64,000 bases of DNA, taken from positions 416,001 through 480,000 of the forward strand of contig CAWAUM010000003.1 of the NCBI GenBank assembly GCA_963785235.1, read 5' to 3'. Both the position numbers and the translations under genes were made by a program. Each line of letters begins with the position of its first letter. The first letter of the stretch is position 1. The stretch comes from an uncultured delta proteobacterium. GTDB lineage: Bacteria; Desulfobacterota; Desulfomonilia; UBA1062. Below the pieces are notes generated by a model. That model saw nothing but the letters and a program-made list of their open reading frames with translations. It did no database searches and was not told the DNA's origin. Shown piece after piece: positions 19,211 through 28,710 of the stretch.

Positions 19211-19741
19211 ATGTCTACCAGGATATGCGGTGGCCAATACCGCTCTATTCGTCTTGATTGCCCTGCCTCAAAGGTGCGGCCGACAACAGACCGCGTAAAG
19301 GAGGCAATCTTTTCTACGCTCATCCATCACCTTCAGGATTCTGTTGTCCTGGATCTCTTTGCAGGCACCGGCGGACTGGGGATCGAAGCCATAAGCAGGG
19401 GTGCGGCCCGGGTCACCTTTATCGAGAAAGCCACGGAGTGCATCAAGGTCATTGAACGGAACATCCGTGTCATCGATGCCAATCAGCTTGCGATCATCAT
19501 CAAGGCCGATGCCCGCACCTATATAAATACATGCAGCTCATCCTTTGACCTTATATTCATGGACCCCCCCTACCATAAAGATCTTGCCTCGCAATTGACG
19601 CCTCATGTATATAACCTCCTCAACCCTGGAGGGATATTGGTGGTGGAACACTCGACGAAAGAGGAGATGCCATTGACTGCTTGGAAAACGAAAAGGTATG
19701 GGGACACCGCCATCTCATATTTTATGAGGAGTGAGGAATGA
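19211..19741 (+). CDS. rsmD: 16S rRNA m2G966 methyltransferase
   Basis: RPTTDRVKEAIF, LDLFAGTGGLGIEAISRGA, DPPY and YGDT motifs; upstream of coaD. Confidence 0.94.
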   Translation: MSTRICGGQYRSIRLDCPASKVRPTTDRVKEAIFSTLIHHLQDSVVLDLFAGTGGLGIEAISRGAARVTFIEKATECIKVIERNIRVIDANQLAIIIKADARTYINTCSSSFDLIFMDPPYHKDLASQLTPHVYNLLNPGGILVVEHSTKEEMPLTAWKTKRYGDTAISYFMRSEE

Positions 19742-20247
19742 AAAGGAAAAAGATCGCGGTCTGCCCCGGCTCCTTTGACCCCATCACCAACGGACACCTT
19801 GATATCGTCCGCCGGGGCCTTTGTGTCTTCGACAAGGTGATAATCGCAGTGGGCCATAACCCCCTGAAGCAAGACCTGTTCACCACGGATGAAAAGATCG
19901 ACATGATTCAAAAATCCGTTGACGGAAACCCTCGGATAGAGGTCGATTCATTCCAGGGCCTGCTGGTTGACTACATCAAAAAGGTCGGCGCCTGCGCCAT
20001 CCTTAGAGGGCTAAGGGTCATCTCTGACTTTGAGCTCGAAATGCAGCTCGCCCTCATGAACAGGAGGCTCTGTAAAGAGGCAGAGACGTTTTTCCTTATG
20101 ACTGACTACAACCATCTCTTTGTGAGTTCAACCATTGTAAAGGCAACAGCCGCGGCAGGCGGGTGGGTCGAGGGCCTGGTACCGCAGTCTGCATTGGATA
20201 AACTCCTTGAGAAGTACCCTCATATGAATACTAAGCACCATGACTAG
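19738..20247 (+). CDS. coaD: Pantetheine-phosphate adenylyltransferase
   Basis: PGSFDPITNGHLDI, RGLR..SDFE.E and VSS motifs. Confidence 0.96.
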   Translation: MKRKKIAVCPGSFDPITNGHLDIVRRGLCVFDKVIIAVGHNPLKQDLFTTDEKIDMIQKSVDGNPRIEVDSFQGLLVDYIKKVGACAILRGLRVISDFELEMQLALMNRRLCKEAETFFLMTDYNHLFVSSTIVKATAAAGGWVEGLVPQSALDKLLEKYPHMNTKHHD

Positions 20248-20259
20248 GGAGGATTTGCA

Positions 20260-21438
20260 TTGAAGATATCTAAGCTCGTATCAAAGATTCCGGGGTCACC
20301 GACACTAGCCTTGACCGCCAAGGTCAATGAGCTCAAGGCAAAGGGCAAGGATGTTATCGGGTTCACTGCCGGAGAACCGGATTTCGATACCCCTGAAAAT
20401 ATAAAAACCTCTGCCATTGATGCAATTGGAAGAGGAAGCACGAAATACACAGCGGTCGGTGGCACCCCCAAGCTCAAGGAGGCCATCTGTGCGAACATCA
20501 AGAAGGATTATGCCCTGAGCGTTGCCCCTGAAAATGTCATCGTCTCCTGTGGAGCCAAACACAGCCTCTATAACCTGTTCCTCACCCTGTTCGAAGAAGG
20601 AGATGAGGTAATCCTCCCCGGTCCGTACTGGGTATCATACCTTCCCATGGTGGAAATGACAGGGGCAAAAACAATTACCATCGACACCAGGCCTACCGGC
20701 ATGAAGCTCCATGCGGACATGGTGGACGAGGCAATCACCAAGCGCACGAAAGGCATCATTATCAACTCTCCTTCTAACCCAACAGGTGTTGTCATCGACA
20801 GGTTGGAACTCGAGAAGATAGCAGAGCTTTGTGTGAAGCATGATATTATAATCATATCAGACGATATCTACCGCAAGATCATCTTTGATGGGCTGGAGTT
20901 TTTCAGTGCCGCCATGATCTCGCCCGAGGTGGCCCAAAGAACCTTCATCGTGGATGGGTCTTCAAAAACCTATTCCATGACAGGCTGGCGTATCGGGTAC
21001 TGCATAGGTGACAGCAAGGTCATCAAAGCCATGGAGAGGCTGCAAAGTCAGAGTACATCTAACCCTACCAGCTTCGCCCAGGATGGCGCCATTACCTCTC
21101 TAATAGACGACCAAAACCTGTTGATTGTGGAGGAGAGAAGAAAAATCTTTGAAACCAGGCGAGATCTTATCGTTACCAAGCTCAGAGAAATCCCGGGGAT
21201 CGATATCATACCCCCGGACGGGTCTTTCTACGCATTCCCCTCCATTAACGGCTATATGGAGCGGTTCGGCAATGCAACCGCCTTCTCGGAATATCTTATC
21301 GATAAGGCCTTGGTTGCGCTTGTCCCCGGTGATGAGTTCGGCGCACCGAACCATGTGAGATTCTCATTTGCCACCTCGGAAGAAAACATTACCAAGGGTC
21401 TTGCAAGGATCAAGGAGGCCCTTTCTTTACTCAAATAA
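20260..21438 (+). CDS. PLP-dependent aminotransferase class I (aspartate aminotransferase-like)
   Basis: AGEPDF, GAKHSL, NSPSNPTG, SDDIY and SKTYSMTGWRIGY motifs. Confidence 0.93.
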   Translation: MKISKLVSKIPGSPTLALTAKVNELKAKGKDVIGFTAGEPDFDTPENIKTSAIDAIGRGSTKYTAVGGTPKLKEAICANIKKDYALSVAPENVIVSCGAKHSLYNLFLTLFEEGDEVILPGPYWVSYLPMVEMTGAKTITIDTRPTGMKLHADMVDEAITKRTKGIIINSPSNPTGVVIDRLELEKIAELCVKHDIIIISDDIYRKIIFDGLEFFSAAMISPEVAQRTFIVDGSSKTYSMTGWRIGYCIGDSKVIKAMERLQSQSTSNPTSFAQDGAITSLIDDQNLLIVEERRKIFETRRDLIVTKLREIPGIDIIPPDGSFYAFPSINGYMERFGNATAFSEYLIDKALVALVPGDEFGAPNHVRFSFATSEENITKGLARIKEALSLLK

Positions 21439-21465
21439 TCCATGGGGGTCTTTTAAAGAATACTC

Positions 21466-21492
21466 TAAAGAAAAAAATGACAACACCGATAG
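21466..21492 (+). promoter_or_regulatory. sigma28 (FliA) promoter
   Basis: TAAA-N15-ACCGATAG immediately upstream of fliS. Confidence 0.75.
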
Positions 21493-21527
21493 TATTAGTA
21501 GAATAGAAGTTGGTGGAGGGGTCTTTA

Positions 21528-21905
21528 ATGAACATAAATACAGTCGGGTACCAAGCATACAAAAAGACCCAGATTCAAACCGCTGATCAGGGAAATCTGA
21601 TTCTCTTGTGTTATGACGGCGCCATAAACTTCATTAGGCAGGCTATTAAGGCTCACAATGAGAATAAACTTGAAGACATGAACGAATTGCTCACCAAAAG
21701 TCAAAACGTCTTGTGGGAATTGATTAACGGCCTGAACTTTGAGGCAGGTGATATCGCACACAAACTCGATTCTCTTTACAACTACATGATCAGACGCCTA
21801 ATTGATGCCCAGTACCATAATACAATGGAGCCTCTCAATGAGGTGATCGCTTATTTACAGGAGCTCAGGGAATCATGGCAGACCATCATTCTGAAACAGC
21901 CCTGA
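21528..21905 (+). CDS. fliS: Flagellin chaperone FliS
   Basis: AYKKTQIQTA...LILLCYDGAI, L.SLYNYM..RL and L.ELRESW motifs. Confidence 0.93.
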   Translation: MNINTVGYQAYKKTQIQTADQGNLILLCYDGAINFIRQAIKAHNENKLEDMNELLTKSQNVLWELINGLNFEAGDIAHKLDSLYNYMIRRLIDAQYHNTMEPLNEVIAYLQELRESWQTIILKQP

Positions 21906-22243
21906 ACCTCCTCAAGTCATGGCGCGTTATCCTGAATAAAGAAACTGGGGCCCTATCCCAGGGAAACATTCAGGAGTTGGAAAGGCTTTTTCAGGAAACT
22001 TCGAAAATTCAGCAACGGCTAAGCCGGATGTTTGCAGCATCAAACACCCTTGTAAAAGACAAGAATATCTCTATCCTGATCAGGGAGCTTCACGCGGAGC
22101 AGGAAAAGCTCATCGAGTCCCTGAAAAATCAAACGGAAGGGCTCGCACTAGAGATCGGCACATTAAGAAAAAGCCAAGCATCACTCAAGGGCTATAAACA
22201 AAAAAATCCTGCTCCGCCCCGCTTCACGAACGAACACACATAA
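21875..22243 (+). CDS. Small helical protein, FliT/FlgN-like flagellar chaperone
   Basis: Coiled-coil character, overlaps fliS, C-terminal GY..P..F motif as seen in FliT/FlgN-like proteins. Confidence 0.5.
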   Translation: MADHHSETALNLLKSWRVILNKETGALSQGNIQELERLFQETSKIQQRLSRMFAASNTLVKDKNISILIRELHAEQEKLIESLKNQTEGLALEIGTLRKSQASLKGYKQKNPAPPRFTNEHT

Positions 22244-22300
22244 CTTACCTTACCTTCGATGAGTTGACAGACGCAATAATTTCTCTTAGTCTGTGGGACT

Positions 22301-22873
22301 ATGCAGATGTTACTCTCATCGGGCTCTCCGAGAAGAAAAGAACTGCTCTCGCTGCTTGGAATCCCTTTCCACGTTGTTGTCCCCAACATACCTGAAATTC
22401 AGCAACTTGATGAAACACCGGAAACATTTTGTTTGCGGGTCAGCAAGGAAAAGGCACTTCTCGTAGCCCAGAAACACCCTGACGCACTGGTCATCGGGGC
22501 AGACACAATTGTTGTGATAGATGGAAATATCCTTGGCAAACCTCGTAACCCAAGCGAAGCTTATAATTTTCTCATGCTCCTTCAAGATAAAATGCATCAT
22601 GTTCTCACCGGGTATACTATAGCATTAGGAAATCACTCCATATCAAATGTGGTCAAAACAAAGGTCCGTTTCAGGGCCATGACTGCAAAAGAAATCTCCT
22701 GGTATGTCTCAACCGGTGAACCTATGGACAAAGCCGGGGCATATGCAGTACAAGGCATTGGATCCTTGTTCATAGAAAAAATCCATGGGTGTTACACCAA
22801 TGTCATTGGTTTGCCGCTTTCCCATCTTTACAAAGATTTAAAAAAATTCGGAGTACAGCTGCAAGACGAATGA
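22301..22873 (+). CDS. maf: Maf family nucleoside triphosphate pyrophosphatase
   Basis: SGSPRRKELL, GADTIV, LGKP, DKAGAYAVQG and NVIGLP motifs. Confidence 0.95.
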   Translation: MQMLLSSGSPRRKELLSLLGIPFHVVVPNIPEIQQLDETPETFCLRVSKEKALLVAQKHPDALVIGADTIVVIDGNILGKPRNPSEAYNFLMLLQDKMHHVLTGYTIALGNHSISNVVKTKVRFRAMTAKEISWYVSTGEPMDKAGAYAVQGIGSLFIEKIHGCYTNVIGLPLSHLYKDLKKFGVQLQDE

Positions 22874-22893
22874 GTGAGAAGGAGGCCCGAATC

Positions 22894-24390
22894 ATGAACG
22901 GCTATGTACTGGCATTTGATCAGGGAACAACAGGAAGCAGGGTTATGATCCTCAACCACAAGGGTCAGGTGGTAGGATCGGCTTACTCTGAATTTCCCCA
23001 GATCTTTCCCCAACCAGGCTGGGTTGAACATGACCCTGAGGTTATTTGGGATACAACCTTGAACGTAATGAGAAAGGCCTTTGATGCTGCATATGTCAAA
23101 CCCGAAGAGATCATATCCATTGGGATTACCAATCAGAGGGAGACAACCGTTTTATGGGACAGAAACACATTAAAGCCCGTTCATAATGCCATTGTCTGGC
23201 AATGCAGGAGATCAGCACAGATCTGTGAAGCATTAAAGCATGACGGGCATGAGAAGCTTTTCCAGGAAAAGACAGGGCTCGTTCTCGATGCATATTTTTC
23301 AGGCACCAAGGTCAAATGGCTCCTTGATACGATCCCGGGCTTAAGGTCCCGCGCAAACTCCGGTGAAATAGCCTTTGGTACTATTGATACCTGGCTTATA
23401 GCCAAGCTCACCAAGGGCAGGCTCCATGTAACGGACTACACCAATGCATCCAGGACATTGATGTTCAATATCCACGAAAGATCCTGGGATGATCAACTCT
23501 TAAAAATTCTCGATATTCCCCGCGCTATGCTTCCCCGGGTTGTGTCATCAGCAGAAATCATCGGCAAGTCCGATCCTGATGTCACGGGGGCTGCCATACC
23601 CATTGCGGGCATTGCAGGCGATCAGCAGGCTGCACTGTTCGGCCAGGGGTGCTTTCATGCAGGACAGGCAAAAAATACATACGGAACAGGCTGTTTTCTC
23701 CTGCTGAATGTCGGAACTCAAAAGATTGAACCGAAAAACGGCCTTATCCTTACACTGGCGTGCGATGACACGGGAAAACCCTGTTATGCTCTCGAAGGAT
23801 CAGTGTTCATTGCCGGAGCTGTGGTACAGTGGTTGCGCGACGGGCTTGGACTGATTGCCGATGCTGCACAATGCCAGGAGATTGCAGAGAGCGTGAGCGA
23901 TTCTCACGGAGTCTACATGGTGCCTGCCTTTGCCGGGTTAGGTGCACCCTACTGGGATATGTATGCACGGGGTGCCATCATGGGGATCACCCGAAGCACT
24001 ACCAAGGCACATATCGTACGTGCAGCACTTGAGGGCATAGCCTATGAGGTAAAAGATCTCATAAGCGCGTTCGAACAGAGCACGAGCACATTATTCTCTG
24101 ACATAAAAGTCGACGGAGGGGCATGCAGAAACGATTTCCTGATGCAGTTCCAATCCGATATCCTGGGTTTTCCAGTAGACAGATCCAATCATATTGAGTC
24201 AACAGGTATGGGGGCAGCTTATCTTGCAGGCATAGCAACGGGCTTCTGGAATCCAGGAGATGAAATCAGGTCTTTAAGGGGATCTGATCGCATCTTTTTA
24301 CCAAAGATCGATGGGAACACCAGGGAAAAAATGTATTCGGGCTGGAAGGAGATTGTGGCCAGAGTGATATCTAACCACACGAATACATGA
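22894..24390 (+). CDS. glpK: Glycerol kinase
   Basis: DQGTTGSR, GITNQRET, YFSGTK, GDQQAALFGQ, KNTYGTG and VPAFAGLGAPYWD motifs; AAGGAGG RBS. Confidence 0.96.
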   Translation: MNGYVLAFDQGTTGSRVMILNHKGQVVGSAYSEFPQIFPQPGWVEHDPEVIWDTTLNVMRKAFDAAYVKPEEIISIGITNQRETTVLWDRNTLKPVHNAIVWQCRRSAQICEALKHDGHEKLFQEKTGLVLDAYFSGTKVKWLLDTIPGLRSRANSGEIAFGTIDTWLIAKLTKGRLHVTDYTNASRTLMFNIHERSWDDQLLKILDIPRAMLPRVVSSAEIIGKSDPDVTGAAIPIAGIAGDQQAALFGQGCFHAGQAKNTYGTGCFLLLNVGTQKIEPKNGLILTLACDDTGKPCYALEGSVFIAGAVVQWLRDGLGLIADAAQCQEIAESVSDSHGVYMVPAFAGLGAPYWDMYARGAIMGITRSTTKAHIVRAALEGIAYEVKDLISAFEQSTSTLFSDIKVDGGACRNDFLMQFQSDILGFPVDRSNHIESTGMGAAYLAGIATGFWNPGDEIRSLRGSDRIFLPKIDGNTREKMYSGWKEIVARVISNHTNT

Positions 24391-25154
24391 ATATCTTAGA
24401 ATTTATCGGCAGGATGACAATCTCCTTTGTGGAAGAGCTGGGCGCCTTTTTCCTCTTCTTCTTCCAGGCAATAACCCATCTTGTAAGACCACCCCTGTTT
24501 ATTAAGCAGCTCTTTAAACAGATGGAGTTTATCGGCATTCGCTCAACACCCGTGGTAATGCTCACAGGAATATTTTCCGGCATGGTGAGCGCGTTGCAGA
24601 CGTATCATGGATTCAGCCTCTTCGGGGCGGAGTCTCTTGTCGGCTCCACAACCGCCCTGGGCCTTCTCAGAGAACTCGGACCGGTACTTGCGGCTTTAAT
24701 GGTGACAGCCCGGGCAGGGTCGGCAATGACTGCGGAGATCGGGATAATGCGCGTGACACAACAGATCGATGCGCTGGTTGTCATGGGTGTTAACCCTTTT
24801 CAATACCTTATCATTCCTCGGATTGTCGCTACTATCATTATGATGCCCATGCTCACCCTTATCTTCGATAGTATCGGGATGATCGGGTCCTACCTTGTTG
24901 GAACACTAGTACTCGATATCGACAAAGGGGTATTCATGGCCCGCATTATCGAGTATGTCGGGTACACGGATCTTTTTTCCGGATTGATCAAGAGTGCCTT
25001 CTTCGGGGCAATACTGGCAATAGTCGGTTGCTACAAGGGATACAGCACAAGCGGGGGCGCGGAAGGCGTTGGGCAGGCGGCTACACAATCAGTAGTACTC
25101 TCTTCAGTAAGCATCCTGATTGCAGATTACATTCTAACCGCTATCATGTTCTAA
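24387..25154 (+). CDS. mlaE: MlaE/YrbE family ABC transporter permease
   Basis: RELGPVLAALMVTARAGSAMTAEIG.M.VT.QIDAL and GGAEGVG.A.T.SVV motifs. Confidence 0.93.
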   Translation: MNILEFIGRMTISFVEELGAFFLFFFQAITHLVRPPLFIKQLFKQMEFIGIRSTPVVMLTGIFSGMVSALQTYHGFSLFGAESLVGSTTALGLLRELGPVLAALMVTARAGSAMTAEIGIMRVTQQIDALVVMGVNPFQYLIIPRIVATIIMMPMLTLIFDSIGMIGSYLVGTLVLDIDKGVFMARIIEYVGYTDLFSGLIKSAFFGAILAIVGCYKGYSTSGGAEGVGQAATQSVVLSSVSILIADYILTAIMF

Positions 25155-25190
25155 GAAAATAAACGTTGTCTTGAACTTTTTAAGATTAGC

Positions 25191-25625
25191 TCAACCGGTG
25201 GCCTCAGTAATAGAAGAGATCATTTCGATAGCATCCACAGGGCACTCCAGCGCACAGAAACTACATCCAATACAAGCCTTCCCTTCTTTAAGGTAGGGAT
25301 GTCCATGAAGATTCCCCGAGTCGTGGGGCAACGAGAGTGCAAGGCAATTTACCGGGCATGTTTCGATGCACATATTGCATGACATGCATTGCTTCAGGTT
25401 TATCCGAGGTTTTTTCCACTGGGTACGCTTGACCAAGGCGCAAAGAATATCGAACTGGTCAAGAACCGAGGCATGCGGGCAAATCCGACCGCACGCCCCG
25501 CACTCGATGCATATCAAAGGGTCGATGGTGTGGACCTCTTTATTCACACCGGTAATAGCCGTGACAGGGCACACCTTCTTACATGCCTGGCAACCTACGC
25601 ACGATTTTGTGATGGTAAACGGCAT
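25191..25625 (-). CDS. Polyferredoxin with four CxxCxxCxxxCP motifs
   Basis: Four 4Fe-4S motifs in 144 aa; directly downstream of the AOR gene. Confidence 0.92.
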   Translation of the reverse strand: MPFTITKSCVGCQACKKVCPVTAITGVNKEVHTIDPLICIECGACGRICPHASVLDQFDILCALVKRTQWKKPRINLKQCMSCNMCIETCPVNCLALSLPHDSGNLHGHPYLKEGKACIGCSFCALECPVDAIEMISSITEATG

Positions 25626-25643
25626 ATCTCTCCTCCACCTTTC

Positions 25644-27605
25644 TTAGCTGATCTTAATACCGAGCCTGGCCATACACTGGGATGTCGGCTTTCCCGTTTC
25701 CGTGTCCCAACCGAACTGGGCCCAGTAATCGCTCATCATCTTCTCGATCTGAACGGTCCTGCCCTTGTTGGCGCCACGGGTGAGAGGAGCCCTTCCAATT
25801 GCGCGGTCGCTCAGTTTGTTTGATTTCGGCTCGATACCATGTTTAACATTGAAAGCCTGTTTCAGGGTCTGGATACGCTCCCCGATCTCCATGTACTCTT
25901 CGGGTGTCTTTCTCCAGCCTGTCACAGCATTCAGCCAGTCAAAGGTCGGTGTCCTCTTGATGCCGATAAAGGCACCGAACATACAGATCCCTGCCCCGTT
26001 GACCACACACATATACTTACTGCAAGCAGCAGATTCCTGTGCCTGCTTTTCACTTGCCTTATATCTGCTGTTCTTGAAATAAATCTCAAAGGGCCATTTT
26101 CGCGGCAGGCCTTTCACCTTCTTCCACAGCTGAAACATTTCATAGTAAAGGTAGGCGCCAATGGTGTGCCGCCCAGGGGTTGGCTCAACTGAATATGCCA
26201 ATGCAAATCCTGGGTCCATCCTGCCGTCATGCATAGCCGGCTCCTGCCCACCTGCATGGACGGTATACTTCTGTGCATCCTTGCCGATCTTTTTGGACGC
26301 CACCCTGGTCCCGTCTGCCAGGATGTCACCGATCCCCTCCCTACTGATCATCTTTTCAATGATCGCCTTAACTCCCTTGGTATTTCCCCAGGTGAGATCG
26401 ATACCTCCAGTGTCCTGACTGGTAAGGATACCGTTCTCATAGCATTCCTGGGCAAAGGCAACCGTGGCACCGGCCGATATGGTATCCATACCTGCCCGGT
26501 TCAGTGTTTCGTTAAGCTCGAAGAGGCTTCCAGTATCTTCATTCATACAGAGTCCGCCGAGTGCAAGGACAGATTCATATTCCGGCTTGTGTGTCTCCAT
26601 ATCCTTACCTGGCATTGTGCAGATTCCGCCACAGCCAAGGGGGCAGGAATAGCAGTGGTACTTGATCTTTTCTTGTTTTTTGATTCGGTCAGGATTGGCG
26701 GATTTGGATTTATTCATTGGCCAGTCCTCATTGCTGCCCTTCCAGTTCTTTATAGGAGAATCCCCCCATTCCACTGACATCTGGTTCAGGCCGCCTGTCC
26801 CCCACTGTTTCAGGATCATCTTGTAGATCATCCCGTCCATGGCCATAGCCGTAGGCAATATTCTCAGCAGGATACCCAACAAACCCATACCTGTGCCTGG
26901 TCCTAAGGGGAGCTGAAACTGCACCCACTTGTTACAGGTCTTGCTCAACCTCTTCACTTCATTTAGGTTAAAAGGTCTTATACGCTTCTTGCCGTCGAGG
27001 ACTACTGCCTTGAGTTTTTTGGAGCCCATTACAGCGCCAAGACCTGAGCGTGCCGCAAGTCTTCCCTTGTCATTGCTTATCCCCGAGATGAGAGAGAGTC
27101 TTTCACCTGCAGGCCCTATCGTTGCTATCCTTGCGCCGACACCAAATTCATTTTTCAGTGTTTCCTCAGTGTCTACGGTGTCTTTCCCCCATAACCCAGT
27201 AGCATCCCTGAGCTCTGCCTTGCCGTTTCTCACTAATAGCAGCACGGGTTTTTCGCTGATACCCTTAAAAAAGATCCCGTCGTATCCGCATCGTTTTATA
27301 GCCGGAGAAAATGACCCCCCGCAGTTTGCATCTCCCCATCCGCCGGTAAGCGGCGATTTGCCCACAACCATCCACCTGCCTGAAAACAGGCTGCCGGTCC
27401 CTGTCAGGAGGCCTGATACGAACCCGAGGATATTGTCCGGACCCAGTGGATCGGCACCTGCCGGTATCCTATTGTACAAAAGATGGGCAGCAAGGCCCGA
27501 CCCTGCCAGGTATTTCTCATAGACCTCATCAGGCACGACCTCTTCTTTGATATCTTGCGTCGTAAGATCCACCATCAAGATCTTCCCCATATAACCTTGA
27601 TCCAT
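25644..27605 (-). CDS. aor: Aldehyde:ferredoxin oxidoreductase family (W/Mo-pterin)
   Basis: KSPLTGG, IGPAGE, GRLAARSGLGAVMGSKKLKA, CYSCPLGC, PEYE and GMDTIS motifs. Confidence 0.93.
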   Translation of the reverse strand: MDQGYMGKILMVDLTTQDIKEEVVPDEVYEKYLAGSGLAAHLLYNRIPAGADPLGPDNILGFVSGLLTGTGSLFSGRWMVVGKSPLTGGWGDANCGGSFSPAIKRCGYDGIFFKGISEKPVLLLVRNGKAELRDATGLWGKDTVDTEETLKNEFGVGARIATIGPAGERLSLISGISNDKGRLAARSGLGAVMGSKKLKAVVLDGKKRIRPFNLNEVKRLSKTCNKWVQFQLPLGPGTGMGLLGILLRILPTAMAMDGMIYKMILKQWGTGGLNQMSVEWGDSPIKNWKGSNEDWPMNKSKSANPDRIKKQEKIKYHCYSCPLGCGGICTMPGKDMETHKPEYESVLALGGLCMNEDTGSLFELNETLNRAGMDTISAGATVAFAQECYENGILTSQDTGGIDLTWGNTKGVKAIIEKMISREGIGDILADGTRVASKKIGKDAQKYTVHAGGQEPAMHDGRMDPGFALAYSVEPTPGRHTIGAYLYYEMFQLWKKVKGLPRKWPFEIYFKNSRYKASEKQAQESAACSKYMCVVNGAGICMFGAFIGIKRTPTFDWLNAVTGWRKTPEEYMEIGERIQTLKQAFNVKHGIEPKSNKLSDRAIGRAPLTRGANKGRTVQIEKMMSDYWAQFGWDTETGKPTSQCMARLGIKIS

Positions 27606-27693
27606 AATCCCTCCTTCTTAAAATACTACCAGAGAATCCATTAATTTCTTGATTTCCACACTTCGAAAGATGGAGATATCGATAAACGATGTT

Positions 27694-27713
27694 ATTTTAA
27701 CAGTGTTAATTTT
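27694..27713 (-). promoter_or_regulatory. Palindromic operator overlapping the putative AOR -10 region
   Basis: TTAACA-G-TGTTAA at 27697-27709 in an AT-rich flank; minus-strand TTGCTT-17bp-TAAAAT abuts it. Confidence 0.5.
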
Positions 27714-27805
27714 ATAAGATTGTTTATGCCAAAGCAAGCGCGGAATCAATCAGACATAGAGATTGTAAGAGAATAGATCCTCGACGAAACCTCAACCATC
27801 ATTGC

Positions 27806-27934
27806 TAAGAGGCAATTACAAAACTACCACTTTGTCGATTCCCGCGGAAGCGATACTCCTATTTATGTCAATGGATTCTAGACCCCCGCTTTCGTGGGGA
27901 TGACAGTTTTTATTAATTCTGCAAGAAGCTCTTA
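27806..27934. mobile_element. Degenerate MITE/REP-like palindromic element
   Basis: Imperfect terminal inverted repeats TAAGAGGCAATTACAAAA / TTCTGCAAGAAGCTCTTA enclose TGTCGATTCCCGCGGAAGCG...CCCCCGCTTTCGTGGGGATGACA, resembling the GTCATTCCCGCGAAAGCGGGAATCCA repeat class. Confidence 0.75.
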
Positions 27935-28384
27935 AGAAAGTATTTCCACCAACTGCCTCTCAAGTTCTTCTTGTGACTGGGCACCAATAATGTTTTTTAT
28001 GGCATTGCCTTTCTTGAAAAGAACAAGACTCGGGATGGACCGGATACCATAGCGTGAGGCTGTAACAGGATTTTCATCTACATTCACCTTCACAACTTTA
28101 AGCCTGCCAATATATTTTATAGCGAGATTATCAAGTATAGGTGAGACCATCTTGCACAGCCCGCACCATGGAGCCCAGAAATCAACAAGTACCGTCCCGG
28201 GGTAATTGAGGACTTCATTGCTAAAGTTTGCATCGCTCGCTACGGTAGGATGTACAGGAGCAGTTGCTGCATCAATAGGCCCATGGCACTTACCGCAGAA
28301 GGCCTTTTTATCAATGCGGCTCCTGGGTATTCTATTTTTGGCACCGCACTTGGAGCAGATTACAATAAAACTTTCATTATCCAT
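27932..28384 (-). CDS. trxC: Thioredoxin 2 (TrxC) with N-terminal Zn finger
   Basis: CSKCGAKNR..CGKC, VDFWAPWCGLC and IRSIP motifs. Confidence 0.92.
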   Translation of the reverse strand: MDNESFIVICSKCGAKNRIPRSRIDKKAFCGKCHGPIDAATAPVHPTVASDANFSNEVLNYPGTVLVDFWAPWCGLCKMVSPILDNLAIKYIGRLKVVKVNVDENPVTASRYGIRSIPSLVLFKKGNAIKNIIGAQSQEELERQLVEILS

Positions 28385-28569
28385 TTTCTTTCCTTTATAC
28401 GCTTCAGGACGTACATGAACCTACCTACCAACCGATAATCTCCCTTTTTTCCTTTCTTGTCTTTTCCTTCCTTTCTTTTCTATAGGGGCTCATCCCATCA
28501 TTTTTCCAGGGGGGGGTAGATAATAATTTCCATTTATGTACGATTGGATTCAGCATAGTGAGAATCATA

Positions 28570-28624
28570 TTGACATGCGGATCAGGATTACTTATACTCA
28601 TGCCAGATTGATATATTGATCAAT
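28570..28624 (+). promoter_or_regulatory. Consensus sigma70 promoter with downstream palindromic site
   Basis: TTGACA-17bp-TATACT (28570-28598), then ATTGAT-ATATTG-ATCAAT (28607-28624). Confidence 0.7.
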
Positions 28625-28710
28625 TTTATCTCTTTGTATTTATTCATTTTATCAAGCTGTTCAGATTAAAGTAAAGAGATAAGACTACTTAGCAAAGGAG
28701 AATAACAGCT

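Noticed and set aside
27606-27800. Moco/Wco riboswitch upstream of AOR
   Set aside because: The leader is AT-rich, without the expected multi-stem GNRA architecture.
28429-28516. Purine-rich minus-strand mini-ORF (MSPYRKERKEKTRKEKREIIGW) and a G8 tract upstream of trxC
   Set aside because: Low-complexity sequence with no convincing RBS; there is no evidence for translation or phase variation.
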